From Botryllus schlosseri (lineage: Eukaryota): a stretch of 64,000 nucleotides of DNA. Position 1 is the stretch's first letter. Every line of letters begins with the position of its first letter. This document shows positions 1-14,077 of this stretch, piece by piece. The position numbers were made by a program, and so were the translations under genes. The notes beneath the pieces were generated by a model. It did not search any database. It saw only the letters and a list, made by a program, of their open reading frames with translations, and had not been told where the DNA came from. The stretch lies in assembly GCA_051294905.1 (NCBI GenBank), contig CM119371.1, positions 3,474,001 through 3,538,000 on the forward strand. The letters run 5' to 3'.

Positions 1-1036
1 TGAAGCGTATCGCGTTATCATTACATTCGCCACCACCTATATTGTTGAAATGGATTTTCGGCACTCGCTAATATCCTATCGAAGGCGCGGATTCCCAAGA
101 CGAGACCACGTATTTCAAGAAATGCAATTGCAGAATTCGCTTTGAAATAATAAAAGTCAGTTGACACAATCTCTACATGGATTATTTGGAATAAAAGTCA
201 TTTTGCTGCTGTTTATCACTGAGCCTACAGTCATGAGATCAGATGACGAGTGCGCGATAATTGAGCTAAATCTGAACCAAATCATTCTGGGGGTCCGCGG
301 GGGTCGTAACGGTCCGAAAGGGGTCCGCGAAGACAAAAAGGTTGAGAACCACTGATCTAGTTGCTCTTTAAAGCAAATCGTTAGCACCCAAAACCGTATT
401 CCTGTATTAACACGAATTCACGAATGAATTTCGTCTTTTGATCCGAGCGCGAAATTGGACAGTTTCCTAGTGTGAGCATGTAACTCAGAATTACTTCATG
501 GACATCATATTGACTCCTATATTAAAGGAAGACAAAATGCTGCAGTCCAAAACGCTGTTATGTTCAGTAAAAACTTTTTCGATGCACACTTTGTTGATAA
601 AGACTGGTAATTATCTGTTGCGTACCGACAATGTCTACAATATGCACAATCCAGGATTTTTACGATACTAGCAATGTTACTTGTTTCTCACGCAGTGCAT
701 TTTTTAGCGGCACGCGGCGTTCAATTACGTGAATGGGACATAATTTGTCAAAATATTGATGCACAACTTGATGACCGCCAGACTGACGGGTATCGATCAC
801 ACCAATACCAAATTTCATTAGATTGCATTCATTTCATTCATTCCCAATTCAGTAAAAATCGGATTATTGTTAACGAGGTCGTGGCACTAGCTCTGCGCTC
901 ATATTGCTGCCACTACGCTACATGATCCCCCATTTCACCAAATTCGATTACATAGCTCGATATTAATGACACAGTGCGGATATTAAGAAATCATATCAGT
1001 GGGTAAATACTGTACGGCTTAGTGATGAAAGCAGAG

Positions 1037-1851
1037 TGGGACTGTTAAAAAATATTCTTCAGAATTCACTGGCTATGTGGTAAAAATGTTTGGTTGGTTG
1101 AAACAACGCTGTAAACCAAATTTGGCTTCAAGACAAACTAGTAGAAGCAAGATTCTTGCTGTAAAAAGTTTGGAATTTATAATTTAAAAAAAAATTCAAA
1201 GTTTTTCTTTCAACCCCATAAAATTGTTAGGCGGTCAGTAGTGATGATGCATACCAAATTTGGCTCAATTCCAACCGCTAGGAGCGATGTTATTGCTGTA
1301 GTAAAATTTCAAATTCCATGATTTTATAGCAAATAATTATAGCTTTCAATACAACATCCACTGTAGTACAATATTTAAACACAAATACTTTTCAGCACAC
1401 TAAAGGGATTGAGATGGATTTAGAAGCAAAACCAAATCTGTTTAAATCCCTTCAATGTGCCGTTAACTCTTGAAAGAGGCAATAAAAAAATATTTGAGTT
1501 TAATAAATATTCTACTACAATGGATTTTGTATTGAAAGCTATATTCAAGTTCTGTACCACGAATCAGCTATTTGAATAAATAATAATTTTATTCGAATCC
1601 AAATTTTTTGTACCGCAATAACTTCGCTTCTAGTGGCTGGAATTGAGCCATATTTGGTGTGCATTATCTCTACTGACAGCCCAACAATTTTACGTTGTTG
1701 ACAAAAAAAATTTAAAATTTTATTTTTTAATGATAAATCCAAAAGAATCGCTTCTACTGGTTGAAACTGACCCAAAGTTGGCGTTGTTTTCGCCTACCTA
1801 ACAATTTTATAACAAGGCCGAAGAAATCTAAAGGTTTTTTGAACAGCCCTA
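1037..1851. mobile_element. Diverged palindromic hAT-type MITE, same superfamily
   Basis: Ends TGGGACTGTT.../...GAACAGCCCTA, internal CCAAATTTGG motifs, TSD A(A/T)GCAGAG. A right-arm fragment of the family also lies at ~16095-16381. Confidence 0.75.
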
Positions 1852-2398
1852 ATGCAGAGAATGTATGTATAATGCTTTCTATGACTATGGTGTCACCAAT
1901 CATGTGCGATTGTCACGTCACAAGTCTCCGCATACCCACATAAAATTATAGTGGCTTGTTAGTGCACAACTAAATCATAGAATCGATCTCACTTCCCAAT
2001 CCAATTTTCCAGATAGCGATTCAATCCGACGATGTCCGAGAAGTGAACGTAGTGCTGTTGCTGAGAACTTATTGCGACACAAATCCACTTCCTTCACCTG
2101 GAATGATGAATGAAATATGAATACAATGCCTGCCAATATCATGTCAAACTAACAGCGCTCTGCACAGACTTATTCTGGGCACATTTTGGAAGTTTAGTAT
2201 GTTCAACATCATTGCGATCCCCATAATAAAGGCAAACGACCCTAGGTTTAGAGCCACGGTCTTTTACTAATCCATTCAAACGGCTTCAATCAATTCTAGG
2301 AATACACCGTACTCTATAATTGAGATTACGATTTGATTTCAGTGATTGATGGCTAATTTTATTCACTTTCGATTTCATTTTTGTGAGCGACGCGGCCA

Positions 2399-4094
2399 CA
2401 GTAGGATCAACTGTAATTTGTAATTGAGCTTCATGTAATTAATTATAATTTTTCATGTTATTTTAATTGTCATTGAAGGATTTCTATTCTGTGTACTTGT
2501 AATTTGATAAAAATTTTACTAATTACAATTCAATTGCATTGTTATTGAAACCTGACAATCACAACATAAAATAATTAGGCCATTAACATGGGTGTTCTAT
2601 GCTTCTCCGTTAACTAATTCAGCCATACTAAACTGTTTTGCATCCGCCAACTTCAGGTCCAACAGAAAACTTGGTGAATTATAATATAGGCTATTGAACA
2701 AAATCTTACTCTTTCATAAATGGACGAAAACCAAATAAACCAATAGCTGTAACCTGTGCTGAATCATTTTCTACACCACGGTCAGCGTTGTTTTAAAATC
2801 TCTTTCCAGGCTTGCTGCAGCAATTGTAAAAATAACTTCAAGTTTTCGACCAAGACTTCATCACGCTAGATCACACATTTGTAGAGATGTTATCCCTGTC
2901 TTACCCACTATCTTAGCTTAATTTACTGGGGCCAGAAACTATCCGCATCCTAATGATCATCAAATTCAGTCGAACAGTTTTGAGCAAGTGAAAATGTAAC
3001 TGTGAACCAAAATTTTGTACTTGGTAGTTATCAGGAGCTTCTTTACTTTTGCATTTATTTTAATTTTACACACCTTATCGGTATCATCCTTATTGCCTTA
3101 CCAACTACATTTCATTCACCTTACTCAGCTCTGAGTATTCGTTTGAGTACATTTCATTGACTGTCTTGTATCCTATTCGCTATTAGTCGTTGCCAGTCGC
3201 TCGAACTTTTGACTGTTAGTAGTCGCTTATAAAAATTATATTTTTTTGTATTTTTCAGAGCTCATGATTAGGAATAGTTCAAATACGTTCAAGTTTGTTT
3301 TTTCTAATTAAAAGGTATTCTATGTAGTACGAATCATGAATGAAACATGAATAGCTTGAGATTGTTGCTAAATATGTCGCTACAGTTGTCAAAGAGCACC
3401 TCTCTACCGAATCAGTCAGACTTTTACCAGTAATTGTAATTATAATTGTACTTACTTACATGTTTAACAGTAATTGTAATTGTAGTCAGGGTTCTAAAGA
3501 CTCAAGTCAAGATTTTCTGATGACTCGACTTGACTCGACTTGGACTTGAGTCATTACGCATGACTCGAACCAAGTCATATGACTCGAGACTCAGACGGGC
3601 AGGATCGACATTTCATTGAAATTTCAAAGAATAGTAAAGTGACCCCACTCTTGGGATTTCGTCTATGGGTACTGGTACTTAAAAATGCGACCAGAAACTG
3701 CTACAAGCAAGGAAAATTAATATATTAACATGCGAACTATTCGATATCAACAAACTGGGTGTTAATAAGTGGGTTACCAAGACTTTAACTGGAAGCTGAG
3801 CCGTCAACACAATGACTTGGACTCGAGTCATAATATCATGACTCAGACTGCACCCTCTGATCGCTGACTTGGACTCGGTCGTGAGTTGAAAATGACTCGA
3901 CTTGACTCGAGTGAAAACTATTTAAATGAGATTAACTTGTTACTCGGAGCCTTTGTGACTAGGTAACAACCCTGATTGTAGTTGTAATTTGATATTTTTA
4001 GCATAGAGTAATTGTAATTATAATGTAATTAAAACATGCAATAAAGTAATAGTAATTAAAATTGAATTGAATTATTGTAATTGATCCAACTCTG
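2399..4094. mobile_element. Non-autonomous hAT-like element with AATTGT subterminal repeats
   Basis: Colinear with 57112-58700; ends ...AATTGATCCAACTCTG; contains the nested insertion 3487-3974. Confidence 0.7.
3487..3974. mobile_element. hAT MITE with GACTCGAGTC repeats
   Basis: CAGGGTT...AACCCTG ends, 8-bp TSD ATTGTAGT; same family as 36772-38709 (opposite orientation). Confidence 0.85.
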
Positions 4095-4617
4095 GAGGTG
4101 GCCCTATATTCAAATTAATACACATTGTACCAAAGTGCGCGTAGCACTAAGAAAAAATTTCAGTAGCATATATCTGCTATTATTGTTTATGTTTATTTGG
4201 AAAAGATGTTAAGCGTACGTCAAGCCTTCAAAATTACGAACTTCGAAGCATATTAAAAATTCTTTCTAGACACAATATGAATGGTGAAATCCTGAACATG
4301 TCCCGCAAAATCCAGACGTATGGCAATCCTAATAACTTGAGAATTTCGGACAATCAACCGTTTGCGCATTTTTCAACAAGAGCAATGTTATTGTGATGCA
4401 ACGATGCGTTCGGATGATACCCACACCGCCCTGCGATGATCTAAATCAGTGGTCATTGGCGTAGCCAGAGAAGAGCGAAAAGGGCGGTCGCCTCCCCCCC
4501 AAGCGATTTAGCGTCACGACGTCATTTTATTATCGGTATCCCCAAAAAGTACACATAATTGAATTTAGCTGCATTCTCAATTATGAGAATACAATAGCGC
4601 CAGTAGATACACTAGAG

Positions 4618-5307
4618 CAGGCCGGCTAACCCGTGGCCCACGAGAAGATTTTGAGTGGCTCGCGAGGTAATTTCCGGAATTAGTAATATTATCAAAAATG
4701 GATTGCACAAATTGTGCATTTGCAAGGCCAACCAACAATTTGATTAGTCTGGCCGCAACACTTGAGATCTGATGACTAAAATATCAGTTCCGACGCATTG
4801 GCAGATCCATGAGCCAGTCACATTTTGGTAGATCTTCGTACACTACAATAAAGCAGAATAGTTTGTGATAGATTTATCAAAAGTAAAATTTTTCTACACG
4901 CTTTGCGCAACATGATGTCACTCGAATTCTTGCGTTTAATATTGTTACCCCTTTGTCAAAATGAAAGAACGCCTAATGTAGTCTAACTATATTCGCGATT
5001 GCGAGACAAAGTGTCGTTCAGCATATGCGACCTTGGGTTTGCGCTCGCAGAAAGACCGTCGCCTATGAAACCTAGGCACAAAATGATTGACGCATGTTGA
5101 TCGAGGCTTTCGATATATCCAGGCGCCGAATAGTCCATTCCTTGCAAACTGACCCCAGCGATATAGAGCAGGCCCGCAATATAGTCAAGTGACAATATTA
5201 TTGACCTATGAACTTTGAAAAATTTTCGCGCTTGGGGCGGCTAGCGGCCCGCGCAATAGATCGTCAATCAAATGTGGCCCTTTGGAAGAAAAGGTTGGCC
5301 ACCCCTG
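4618..5307. mobile_element. hAT (Charlie-like) MITE
   Basis: CAGGCCGGC...GGCCACCCCTG ends, 8-bp TSD CACTAGAG. A second, interrupted copy spans ~18330-20220, and a related element lies at 12468-13298. Confidence 0.85.
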
Positions 5308-7199
5308 CACTAGAGTAACCCAGGTAGGTGGGTTGATTGACAGGGCTGCCAGTTCAGTATGGCGGTTGGGGAGTGTTAACTCCGGCAATTTCCGTTCCGG
5401 GGACACACGAGGGCATATAAAGTAGGCTATTTGACTCCGCAAAGTGAGCTCCCAAAATGATTGATGGGCATATATATTGCGAAGCCTTCGATGTAGATTT
5501 TCGGGTGCTTAAATAGCTGGCGCCTAATGATCCTGTCCCTGTAATAAGATCCCTCCGACATAAATGCGACTGGCACAGGAAAATATCGCCACCTCCCGTT
5601 AAAAAGTGTTAATTGGAAATCGCACGAATCTGATCAAAGGAGTTTTTTAATTCGGTCTGGTATGTATCAGCGTTTCCAATCTATAAAGTAGCGTCAATCT
5701 TTACTTGAGGTAACTAAATAACCTTACTTCAACGAAGTAATTAATAGGCTAATAATGTACACCACTTGTTAATATTACTGATCAAATTCTTTCATTTCAC
5801 TGAAATTTACACTGATTGTTCATCACTTAATGTCAGCGACTTGTGCTCGTCCGTGAATCGATCGCCTAATACAAGTTATAGTTAGCAACTGAAGTTTCCA
5901 TAGGGTATGTGCGTGTGCGTCTAAGAATCGTATAACACACACCCACTATTTTAGAGCATAAAATCGGTAAAATTTTGCGCATTACACATTGAAATGTATA
6001 ATTAAAAATTCCAAGCAACTTTTCGCCGTCCGTACATTTAGTCCGCGGGCGGAAAATGCCAAGGTCTGCTCTACGATAATCTACAAGCTTTGGGGGAAAC
6101 CTTCATTTTCAGTGATTCACAACAACCAAACCAATCACATTACACAATCACCACACATTTAATACATTACTTATATTGTGCGTCCCTGAACACCGGTCCG
6201 GAATCACTGATCTAGCTCATAGTTGTGTTTCAGCTAGCTGCAGATTTTTAAAGGTCGTTAGTTCTATGTGCGTTACATTTAAAGCAAACAGTGTTTTAAA
6301 ACACACTGTTTAAAACATGTTTTGAACAGTGTTTTAAACAGAAGCCGTTAAAAATAAAATTGTGTAATGTTATGCCATAATTGCGTAAATACTTTCGAAA
6401 AAACGTTGTATGAGCCTAAGAACAATTACGACCCGATGTAGCCGACGTATATCGATATTGATGATTGGAACCCCAGAAATAGGCGGTTCAACAATAATAG
6501 TACATATATTTCATCAAAAGAACTATATTCATCCTATATTTTGAATTGTCAATGCCAATCCATTATGACGTCACAACTGAATACTCCTGAAGTCGCGACT
6601 TGAAAAAAAAATATGCCTTAAACATGGGCTTTGTTTAAAACAGGTTTGTTTTAAATTGTTTTAGTTTTAAATGCAACCCTACTTTTAGTAATTGTTCTAG
6701 TCGGTTTTGAAAAGCGAGTTGTCGGGATGAGTGAACGAATTTTGATAAACTTTAAATGATTATATTCGTATTTTCTGTCAATGATCATGAATGACATGAT
6801 TTTGAACATTTTTGCTCTCAAAATCACGCAATATGCACATTTATTGTTCGACAATAAAGCGTGACATGAGAGGTAAGAGGTAAGCTCCGTTTTACTAGAG
6901 CAATAATTAATCGTAAATAGCTTTGAATCTATAACCGATATTAATCGAATGAAATTGTCACACTGATCCCGAAAATCTAGATATTGATCGACTTCTTGAT
7001 TCTCAAAATATTCGGCAGTAACGTAACGTTGCGCTATACGCCTACATTTTAGCGGCGGTAGTAAAAAGCTACTTTTAGCAATCAAGAACGTGGATATCGC
7101 TATGGCGCCGATTGTAAGTTTAATTTGTAAACGTGCATGTCACTTGCACGGCAGTTCATTTGTCGCAGCAGATCCAGACGAAAGTAAAGTGGGTCATTT

Positions 7200-7507
7200 T
7201 GATTCACAAATGATTTACGACATTACAGAAATTTCAGACTGCGCTAAGATACTATATTTCATAAGATTTGTTTGAATAACACTGTGCACTTCCGCGTTTT
7301 CGATGTACCCTAGTTAACCATGGATGCCAAATGCATATCCACGCAGATCGTGCAGCACACGCAAGGATAGTTCTACTGGCAACCATCCATAGTTCAAGTC
7401 GATAGTTCCAAGGTTTCGCCAAACCGGTATGATAACCTCTAGGGTTGGAAAATCTGTTTCCTGATATAGTTTCATCAACTTTACTTCTCAATTCTCAAAT
7501 TCGTTGC
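7200..7507 (-). pseudogene. Probable disrupted 3' LRR exon of the NLR-like gene
   Basis: Acceptor ttgttacag|GC at 7507. All three frames stop within 30 nt, but LRR-like pieces (VKLMKL / ISGNRFSNPRGY) lie in adjacent frames. Confidence 0.4.
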
Positions 7508-8793
7508 CTGTAACAACGTTTTGCTACAAGCCCATATTTCAACGTCAGTACAGGCACGTTATCTAACAATCACAATATGGATGGCTAGTTCCTAATTCGG
7601 ATTGGTCAACGTGAACATCACTTCCAAATGAGTTCATTTCACTCTTGTGATTAGGACAACAATGGTGATTTGAAAATTACATTATCACACATTCACACAG
7701 GCCGCGCCATGAATCAACCGATGAATCAACCTAAAACCTAATCCAGCCTTCCAAGCAATATGTCGGGAAAAGCGTATTAGCGGGGGATATTGATTGCCTG
7801 TATGTATGACAGCAATTTTGATTTCGAGCCCCATTTAGATTATATTGATTGTTTGCTATAGACTAGAATTATATTGCAGAGAATTCTAAAATGTGAAGAA
7901 ATGTCTCGCGGCACCCTTGCGAGACGTGAATGGCACACTACTTTGGCGCGATACACCGGTTGAAAACCACTGCTTAGCCGTTCCTTTACACTTTCAATCG
8001 ACACAAACAGACCGCCTAAATTCGCTGTTACAATTGTTATGCCAAATGGGCCAACGACTTGGATCGCAAATTCACTGCTGTGTGCGTCGCAACTATTTTC
8101 TTCACATTTCGAAAACACTCTGGTTATCAGGTTGTGAGATGTTCTCCTGATAGTGAACTACCGGTAATGAGCGGAATTTGGTACCATCTTTGGCCGTGAC
8201 AGTTGCGATTCCGATGTGTTTGGTATTAGGCAGGAGGCACACATCAACACTGATTCCGGATCACATAGCGATTTTTTTACAAGTGCGAGTTAATGAAAGA
8301 ACACTATTTTCAAAACATACTATATTCTGCTGACAAATTAATGTGGCCGCATATTAAATGTGGAGCTGGACAGATTTTCTCACAACTATTTGTCGGTGAA
8401 TGCTTGACTGTCATTGTCCATTATTGTTCACCCTCTCACTCACATCTGACACCATTACATAATCAAACTGATCGGTTGTATCAAATTTGATCGCGCGAGA
8501 AAACATAATCAGCATGGATCAACCAAACCCCCGACTTTCGACGAATCGGTACATTGGTGCTTGTAATGTTATCCTTGGCGATATTACTGAATTTGGTTTG
8601 ACATAAGTGACGAATAATTCCAGACCATGCAGTCGAAAAAGGCCTCTTTCCATATATTGTTTCTGGAAGAGACCAAATCAGAAGACAAAATTATTGTGGT
8701 AAGCCGGGACAAGAGTTTAAACTTATTCTGTGGCGTGTTAATTCTGGTTCTAAATTTCGGGCAGCAAAGGATATCTTTACGCGAGATGCTAAG

Positions 8794-8986
8794 CAATATT
8801 TCCTCTAAGCTGAGTACGTGCGTAATTGCGCAGAGCTGACACGTCCTCTGAGCACAGAAGATCTAAGCTGTGCACAAAAACTCCGAAGTGATGATCATTT
8901 TTTCAGTCGTTACGCACTGCTGTCCAAGGACCGCGCAGTGAGTTGAAGAGTGCGCGCAGACTCGTTAAAAATTAGAGGGAACATCG
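8794..8986. mobile_element. Short hAT MITE (CAATGTTCCCTCTAA family)
   Basis: TIRs and TSD (A/C)TGCTAAG; same family at 36517-36707 and 60787. Confidence 0.8.
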
Positions 8987-9833
8987 CTGCTAAGTTAATG
9001 TGTACATAGCATAATATTATTTTCACATCAATTACCGGGGATGACTGTTTTTCCACAACAAAACTCACTGACCATGTAAGAATGCTAACAAACAAGGTTG
9101 AAACTGAACAATACAATAATCAGACAGCAATACCGAAGCTGGAAATTGGAATCAGCATTCACCCAAGTTGATTAATCAAAGTTTATGTAGACTAAGGGCG
9201 AAGGTTACGGAAGCTGGTTCATCCAGGTTAATTATGATCGTAGAATAAAAAACTTTTAATATTGGCTAATAAACTTTGATACCGGTATTGCGTTTCCCGA
9301 AAAATGAACATTTGCATAATATCCACTCTGAAGAGTAAATCCAATGTGCCGTCTACCATCGTCATATATTGCGCACAATTAGCCAGCTTTCACCGCCCGG
9401 CAATTAAACTAGGTCGGTCGTCATACAGGCCTTCAATGATTTGGGATAACAGCTGATGTCTATGGCAAATCACTATTTGGAGTAGCTAATCTTCAAAGTA
9501 AGCCATCGCTGTCGGGTTCGTGATATCGATGAAAATAATCTTGATATACCGTACTCATATATCATGTATGTTCATAGTTCGCTGAGCAGGTTGCTACTAG
9601 ATCGTTCCCATCGAATATGATTTTGAAAATTGCTATGGTTCCCACAATAGGCCTAACCGACGTGAAAATATGACCCCGAATGGATTGCTACGAACAGTGC
9701 ATCGCCGCGAAAAGATGTGAATATTTCACCATATGATATGTGAAGAGGGGAGGATTCAAAATTAAATAAATTCCAGAATAACACAAAATATCGTTTTCCT
9801 ACGAAATGAATCATTTGAAAAAGTATGACTCAC

Positions 9834-10147
9834 TCGTATTCGATTTTCCAGACACCTTGCAATGATGTCCAAAAGCTCATCGTCGATGCTGCAGTATGGT
9901 AAATTCAAAGAACCAAGGATCTGATTCCTTGCTGCAAGCGATCCAACGATGTGAGCTTCATCGCGATCCAATGAGATGCCAGATGCGTCAATGACGGAAA
10001 GACCTTTTATAAGATTGTCGTCGCCCGATTCGTAGATTGCTGTATATAGTTCCATGAGAACGTATCTGTCTCCGTATTCAGTCTCATCGTGAAGTTGTGA
10101 ACGAATCGATCGATAAAGAATATGTTGCTTCTGTGTTTGATCCGAGA
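9834..10147 (-). CDS. NLR-like gene, HD2/first LRR exon
   Basis: Acceptor ttgcttgacag|TC (phase 1, matching the upstream donor), donor CGA|GTGAGT. Translation LMELYTAIYESGD...LGSLNLPYCSIDDELLDIIARCL matches the NLR HD2-to-ribonuclease-inhibitor-type LRR transition. Confidence 0.82.
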
Positions 10148-10229
10148 CTGTCAAGCAATACACACTGTCGTTGTATTCGTAATGTTTCTTGCCTTATTGT
10201 TTACATAACTATTGTATGATTTACGTGAG

Positions 10230-10535
10230 TGTGATGAGCGAGGGTTCAAATGGAGTCATTGAGTTCTAATCGCTAGTCCACAATAACAGGAGCATTTCAT
10301 GCGCATCCATGTCACATATCCGACTGAGATCGACTCCAGAATGTATACCTAAGTGTTGGAGGTTTATATAGGCTCACCCTCCGGAAGCTATATCTTTCAA
10401 AAAGCTTAAAAGTGGGCCGTGCTACAAGTCGGCGGATGCGAAATCAAAAATACAAAATATCGGCCTGGCGTAAATGACACCTTTAGTCGACAGACACCAT
10501 AAATACACGAAACAAACAAACAAACAAACAAACAA
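10230..10535 (+). mobile_element. SINE-like retroposon with (CAAA)n tail, in an NLR intron
   Basis: 3' part is homologous to the TSD-flanked insertion 19781-19977 and ends in (CAAA)n; 5' boundary approximate. Confidence 0.65.
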
Positions 10536-10794
10536 TGTCACATAGTGATCATCGATGAGCCCTGGTAGCGCTCACGATCAATCTGTGAAGTTATGCAGAT
10601 TTTAGATCCATAAGTTTTATTTAGCCGACTGAATGTAAAGACTTATTTACCGGCCGTGTATGAATTTAAGATCTTTCGACTATTTCACCCCTTCGGTTTT
10701 GACGATACCATCAAATTCATGATAAACTATAAGCGACCCATAATAATCAATCGGTGCTGCGGCAGAATAGTCGCGAAAAATCATGATTACTTAC

Positions 10795-12234
10795 CGCTGT
10801 GAAGTTTGCTAGTAGATTTCATGTAAACGATGCCTGTAACGAATCTTCGAACCACGGACCATCGTTTCTCATGTAGATGTTGGCCATCAAAGCGAGAGAA
10901 CCTTTCAAGCTCCGTTTCCGAGATAAAACTAGCTGCCAGAAATTCCTGCATGCTTTGATGGCAGAAGAAGAATGTGAAGTCGCCTTCCATCAAGTGACGG
11001 CTGAGGATGTTGTTGTCAGGCACTTTCGTCATCAAATCCTGTACTTCGTCCGCGGATATTCCAAACCGATCCAAATCTGCTTTGTAGAACACGACTCGTC
11101 CCTCTTTCATGCCTTCAAACGCCATTGCCTTCAATTTGTTGATAATCGAGAGGATTTGCTTACGGTTTCGGATGTTTTCCACACTCCGTAAGACTAACAG
11201 GATCCTGCTGTACAGTTCTGTCACGGTAGACGGAGGAGGTCTATCTGGATCAATTCCCATCACCACCGCTATCAAAATCAGGAAAACCGGGACCGATACT
11301 AGTTGTAATAATCGCGGTGACATGATTTCAATCTTCTCCCAGAGATGCTTCCCGTTGTCACAGAGAAGACACGTGAACAGTTTATAAGCATCTTGTAGTG
11401 TGAGACCATTGAGGGTGATTATTTCTACAGGGCGTGCTTGCGCCGGTAATTCGGAGACTTTGAATTCACGTGACGAGACGATGATCTTGACGTGACGAAG
11501 GATCTTGCGGGATAAGATATTGTACATGATGATCGCAGAGCTCGCGTTCTTATATGGCGTAATTTTTCTGAGGCTACACTCCCCAAGATCCCACTGCATT
11601 TGATCAAGCCCGTCAAAATTGATAACTGCATCACTTTGATTCTCGACCAGCCATTCGAAAGCTTTGTCCTCTTCAGATTCATTTTTGAAGAGACCGTCAA
11701 ATAGAAACTTGGATGTTTTGATACCGCTCTTTGCATCCATGTTCTTCAATTCAATATAATGTATCATTTTTCGTTTCGGTTCACCGTTGTCACTCACAGA
11801 TGAAATTCCGAGCGCTTTTTGAGCAATTCTCCGCATGAGGGTGGTTTTACCCGATCCTGCAGATGCGACGATAGCAGTGTAACCAACTTTATCGTTTGAA
11901 GGTAATTTCTCATACTTTGACAGCGATTCCATTATCTTTTCCATTGTTATCGATTTACCGTCGTTGTCGGATTGACGATAAAACCCGACTTCCTCTATCA
12001 ACTGACTTTGAAAATCTTTTCTTTTAGATTCACGAACAGTTTCGTCAGTTGAAGAATTTTTATCGCGAAAACGCCCTTTGTAGTAGTCATCAACCTTGAC
12101 TTCCTTCATCTGCGGGAAAACCTCGAAGTCAGGTTCGTGAAGAAATTCATTCTCGAAGTCTTCGCGAATGCTATTTGCCGTTTCTTGTCGAGTATGGTCG
12201 TTTATAACCTCTATCAATTTCCTGTAATCTTCAC
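10795..12234 (-). CDS. NLR-like gene, NACHT NTPase exon
   Basis: ORF 10787..12217 has Walker A ASAGSGKTT, Walker B VINFDGLDQ, sensor-1 IIVSSR, helical-domain VPVFL and winged-helix FFFCHQSMQEFLAA. Acceptor ttttttcgacag|GT at 12234, donor G|GTAAGT at 10795; 1440 nt, phase 1-1. Confidence 0.92.
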
Positions 12235-14077
12235 CTGTCGAAAAAATATTATTGTAGCTTTTATCAAGTATCGCACAAAATTTAAAGGAGTAATTTCAAA
12301 AAAGACATGCTATAAAACGATTTCTGGTATGGCTCTCTTTCTGTTCGGTTTGTTAGCAATTCTTATCAGTTCAATACACCACAAAATTGCGATACAATGA
12401 AAGGATAGGAAAGTGTCGAAACCACTTGGAGTAGTCTATGGAATCAGACACCCACCTTGGCCTAGGCCAGGGATGGCCAACCTTTTCGACTAAAGAGCCA
12501 AATAAGATTAATGTGCATGCAGATGTGCTTTTGGGCGTCCGATAAGAGTGACCCGGATAAGGTAATGGCAAAAAAGATTTACATACTATAAACAACAAAA
12601 TCGATATCACTTATGTCACGAAAACTCTCTGTACGTGTCCTAGCAGCGCGAAACGCCAATTTTTTCAAAGGCATTGAAGATAGATCAATAAAATAATGTT
12701 AGTTGCATATATTGTGGTGGGTCGTTCCTGTATACCGCTCGGCTCGTTTGGCCAGGACATGATTAATCGCCGCTTGGACATATCAATATCGAAAGTTCAG
12801 TGAGCGTGCGTCAATTTTGTGCAAAGTTTTCATCGCTGACGATCTTTCCGCGAGTGCAGACGCCAATTCGCATGTCGGACCACATATTTTTGCATAATTG
12901 CCGATATAGTTGAACTCAATTCCGTATATTAGGGATATGTTTAATTTCCTTGAGGATACAACGCTACTAAAAGCAAGAAATCGATCGGCAATAAATCGCA
13001 CGAGGTGCTGGAAAATATTAAGTCAAATAAGTCTGACCGCGAAATATTCTACTTTATGGTTATATACGAATATCTACGAAATTGTGGATGACCCTTGGCT
13101 ACGTCAATACGTCAGAACTGATATTTTAGTCATGAACGTCCCAATGTCCACGGTCAGGCTAATCATATTTTCAGTTGCCCTTGCAAGTTCACAATGAATT
13201 ACCTGGCTAATATATTTTTGGATATTTTAAGTAATTTCGAGAATTGCCTCGCGGGCCACTCAAAACCTTCTCGCGGGCCACAGGTTGGCCGGCCCCGGCC
13301 CAAGCGATGTAAAGAGGAGGTATGTACACTGAATGAGAAGTAAAAGTAGTACAGAAAAAAAGCAAGCGAAGAAATGGAGTGGCATTTCACTGAAAGCGAG
13401 ATCGATAGTCAGTAACAGTATTTGTATCAGTTCTGCTCGATTTGCTCAACAATGAGCTATGTGATGGATTAGCTGCATCCTAATGATATCTATGGCACAA
13501 TGGTTTGCAAACAAGAAGTTCAAAAACCACATCCAAAGACGACAGTGCCTGATCTCTCTCTATATATATAAAATATATCGCTTGATTTATTCACTTTCGT
13601 TTCAATCTGTTATAATTCACTTCGGACACTCAAGCGAGACCGCTGACAATGACAATTTCGTTGGGTTACCTTTTCAGGCTACTGATTTTGCTAAAGTCGT
13701 GAACACTGCGTTTTGCTGCAATGCCTTGGGTCAAGTTTGCATATCTAGGAGGTTTCAGGTGCGTGGTACTTTACTTGTTTTATGGATGTGCACTATGCAC
13801 GGATATTCGCGGAAAATTACTTCCACGCGTTGCGTTACGTTCTTGCTGCGTACCGGCAAAACATCTAAGTTTCAGCGGTCTCGCCAGGCCGTTCGTGAAA
13901 TAAGAAAGTACCATATTTGACAGCTCTGCGCGCATGAGGGGACAGCGGAATGCTGTCATGTAGTTTCAAACCGAAAGAACATAAAATGGTATACATGATT
14001 GATTGAATAACGAAGAAAGAAGCTAAAAACAGACACCCTGCAAATCTTAAACTTTTCGAGTATCTAATACCCTAATA

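Noticed and set aside
6651..7085. 144-aa minus-strand ORF downstream of the NLR
   Set aside because: No ATG start, recognisable domain or convincing splice sites; probably UTR or intergenic.
7488..7490. In-frame TGA as selenocysteine or readthrough
   Set aside because: The frame does not match the phase-0 upstream donor, further stops follow, and I recognised no SECIS; decay is simpler.
10877..11736. ORFs overlapping the NACHT exon in other frames or on the other strand
   Set aside because: Shadows of the NACHT coding sequence.
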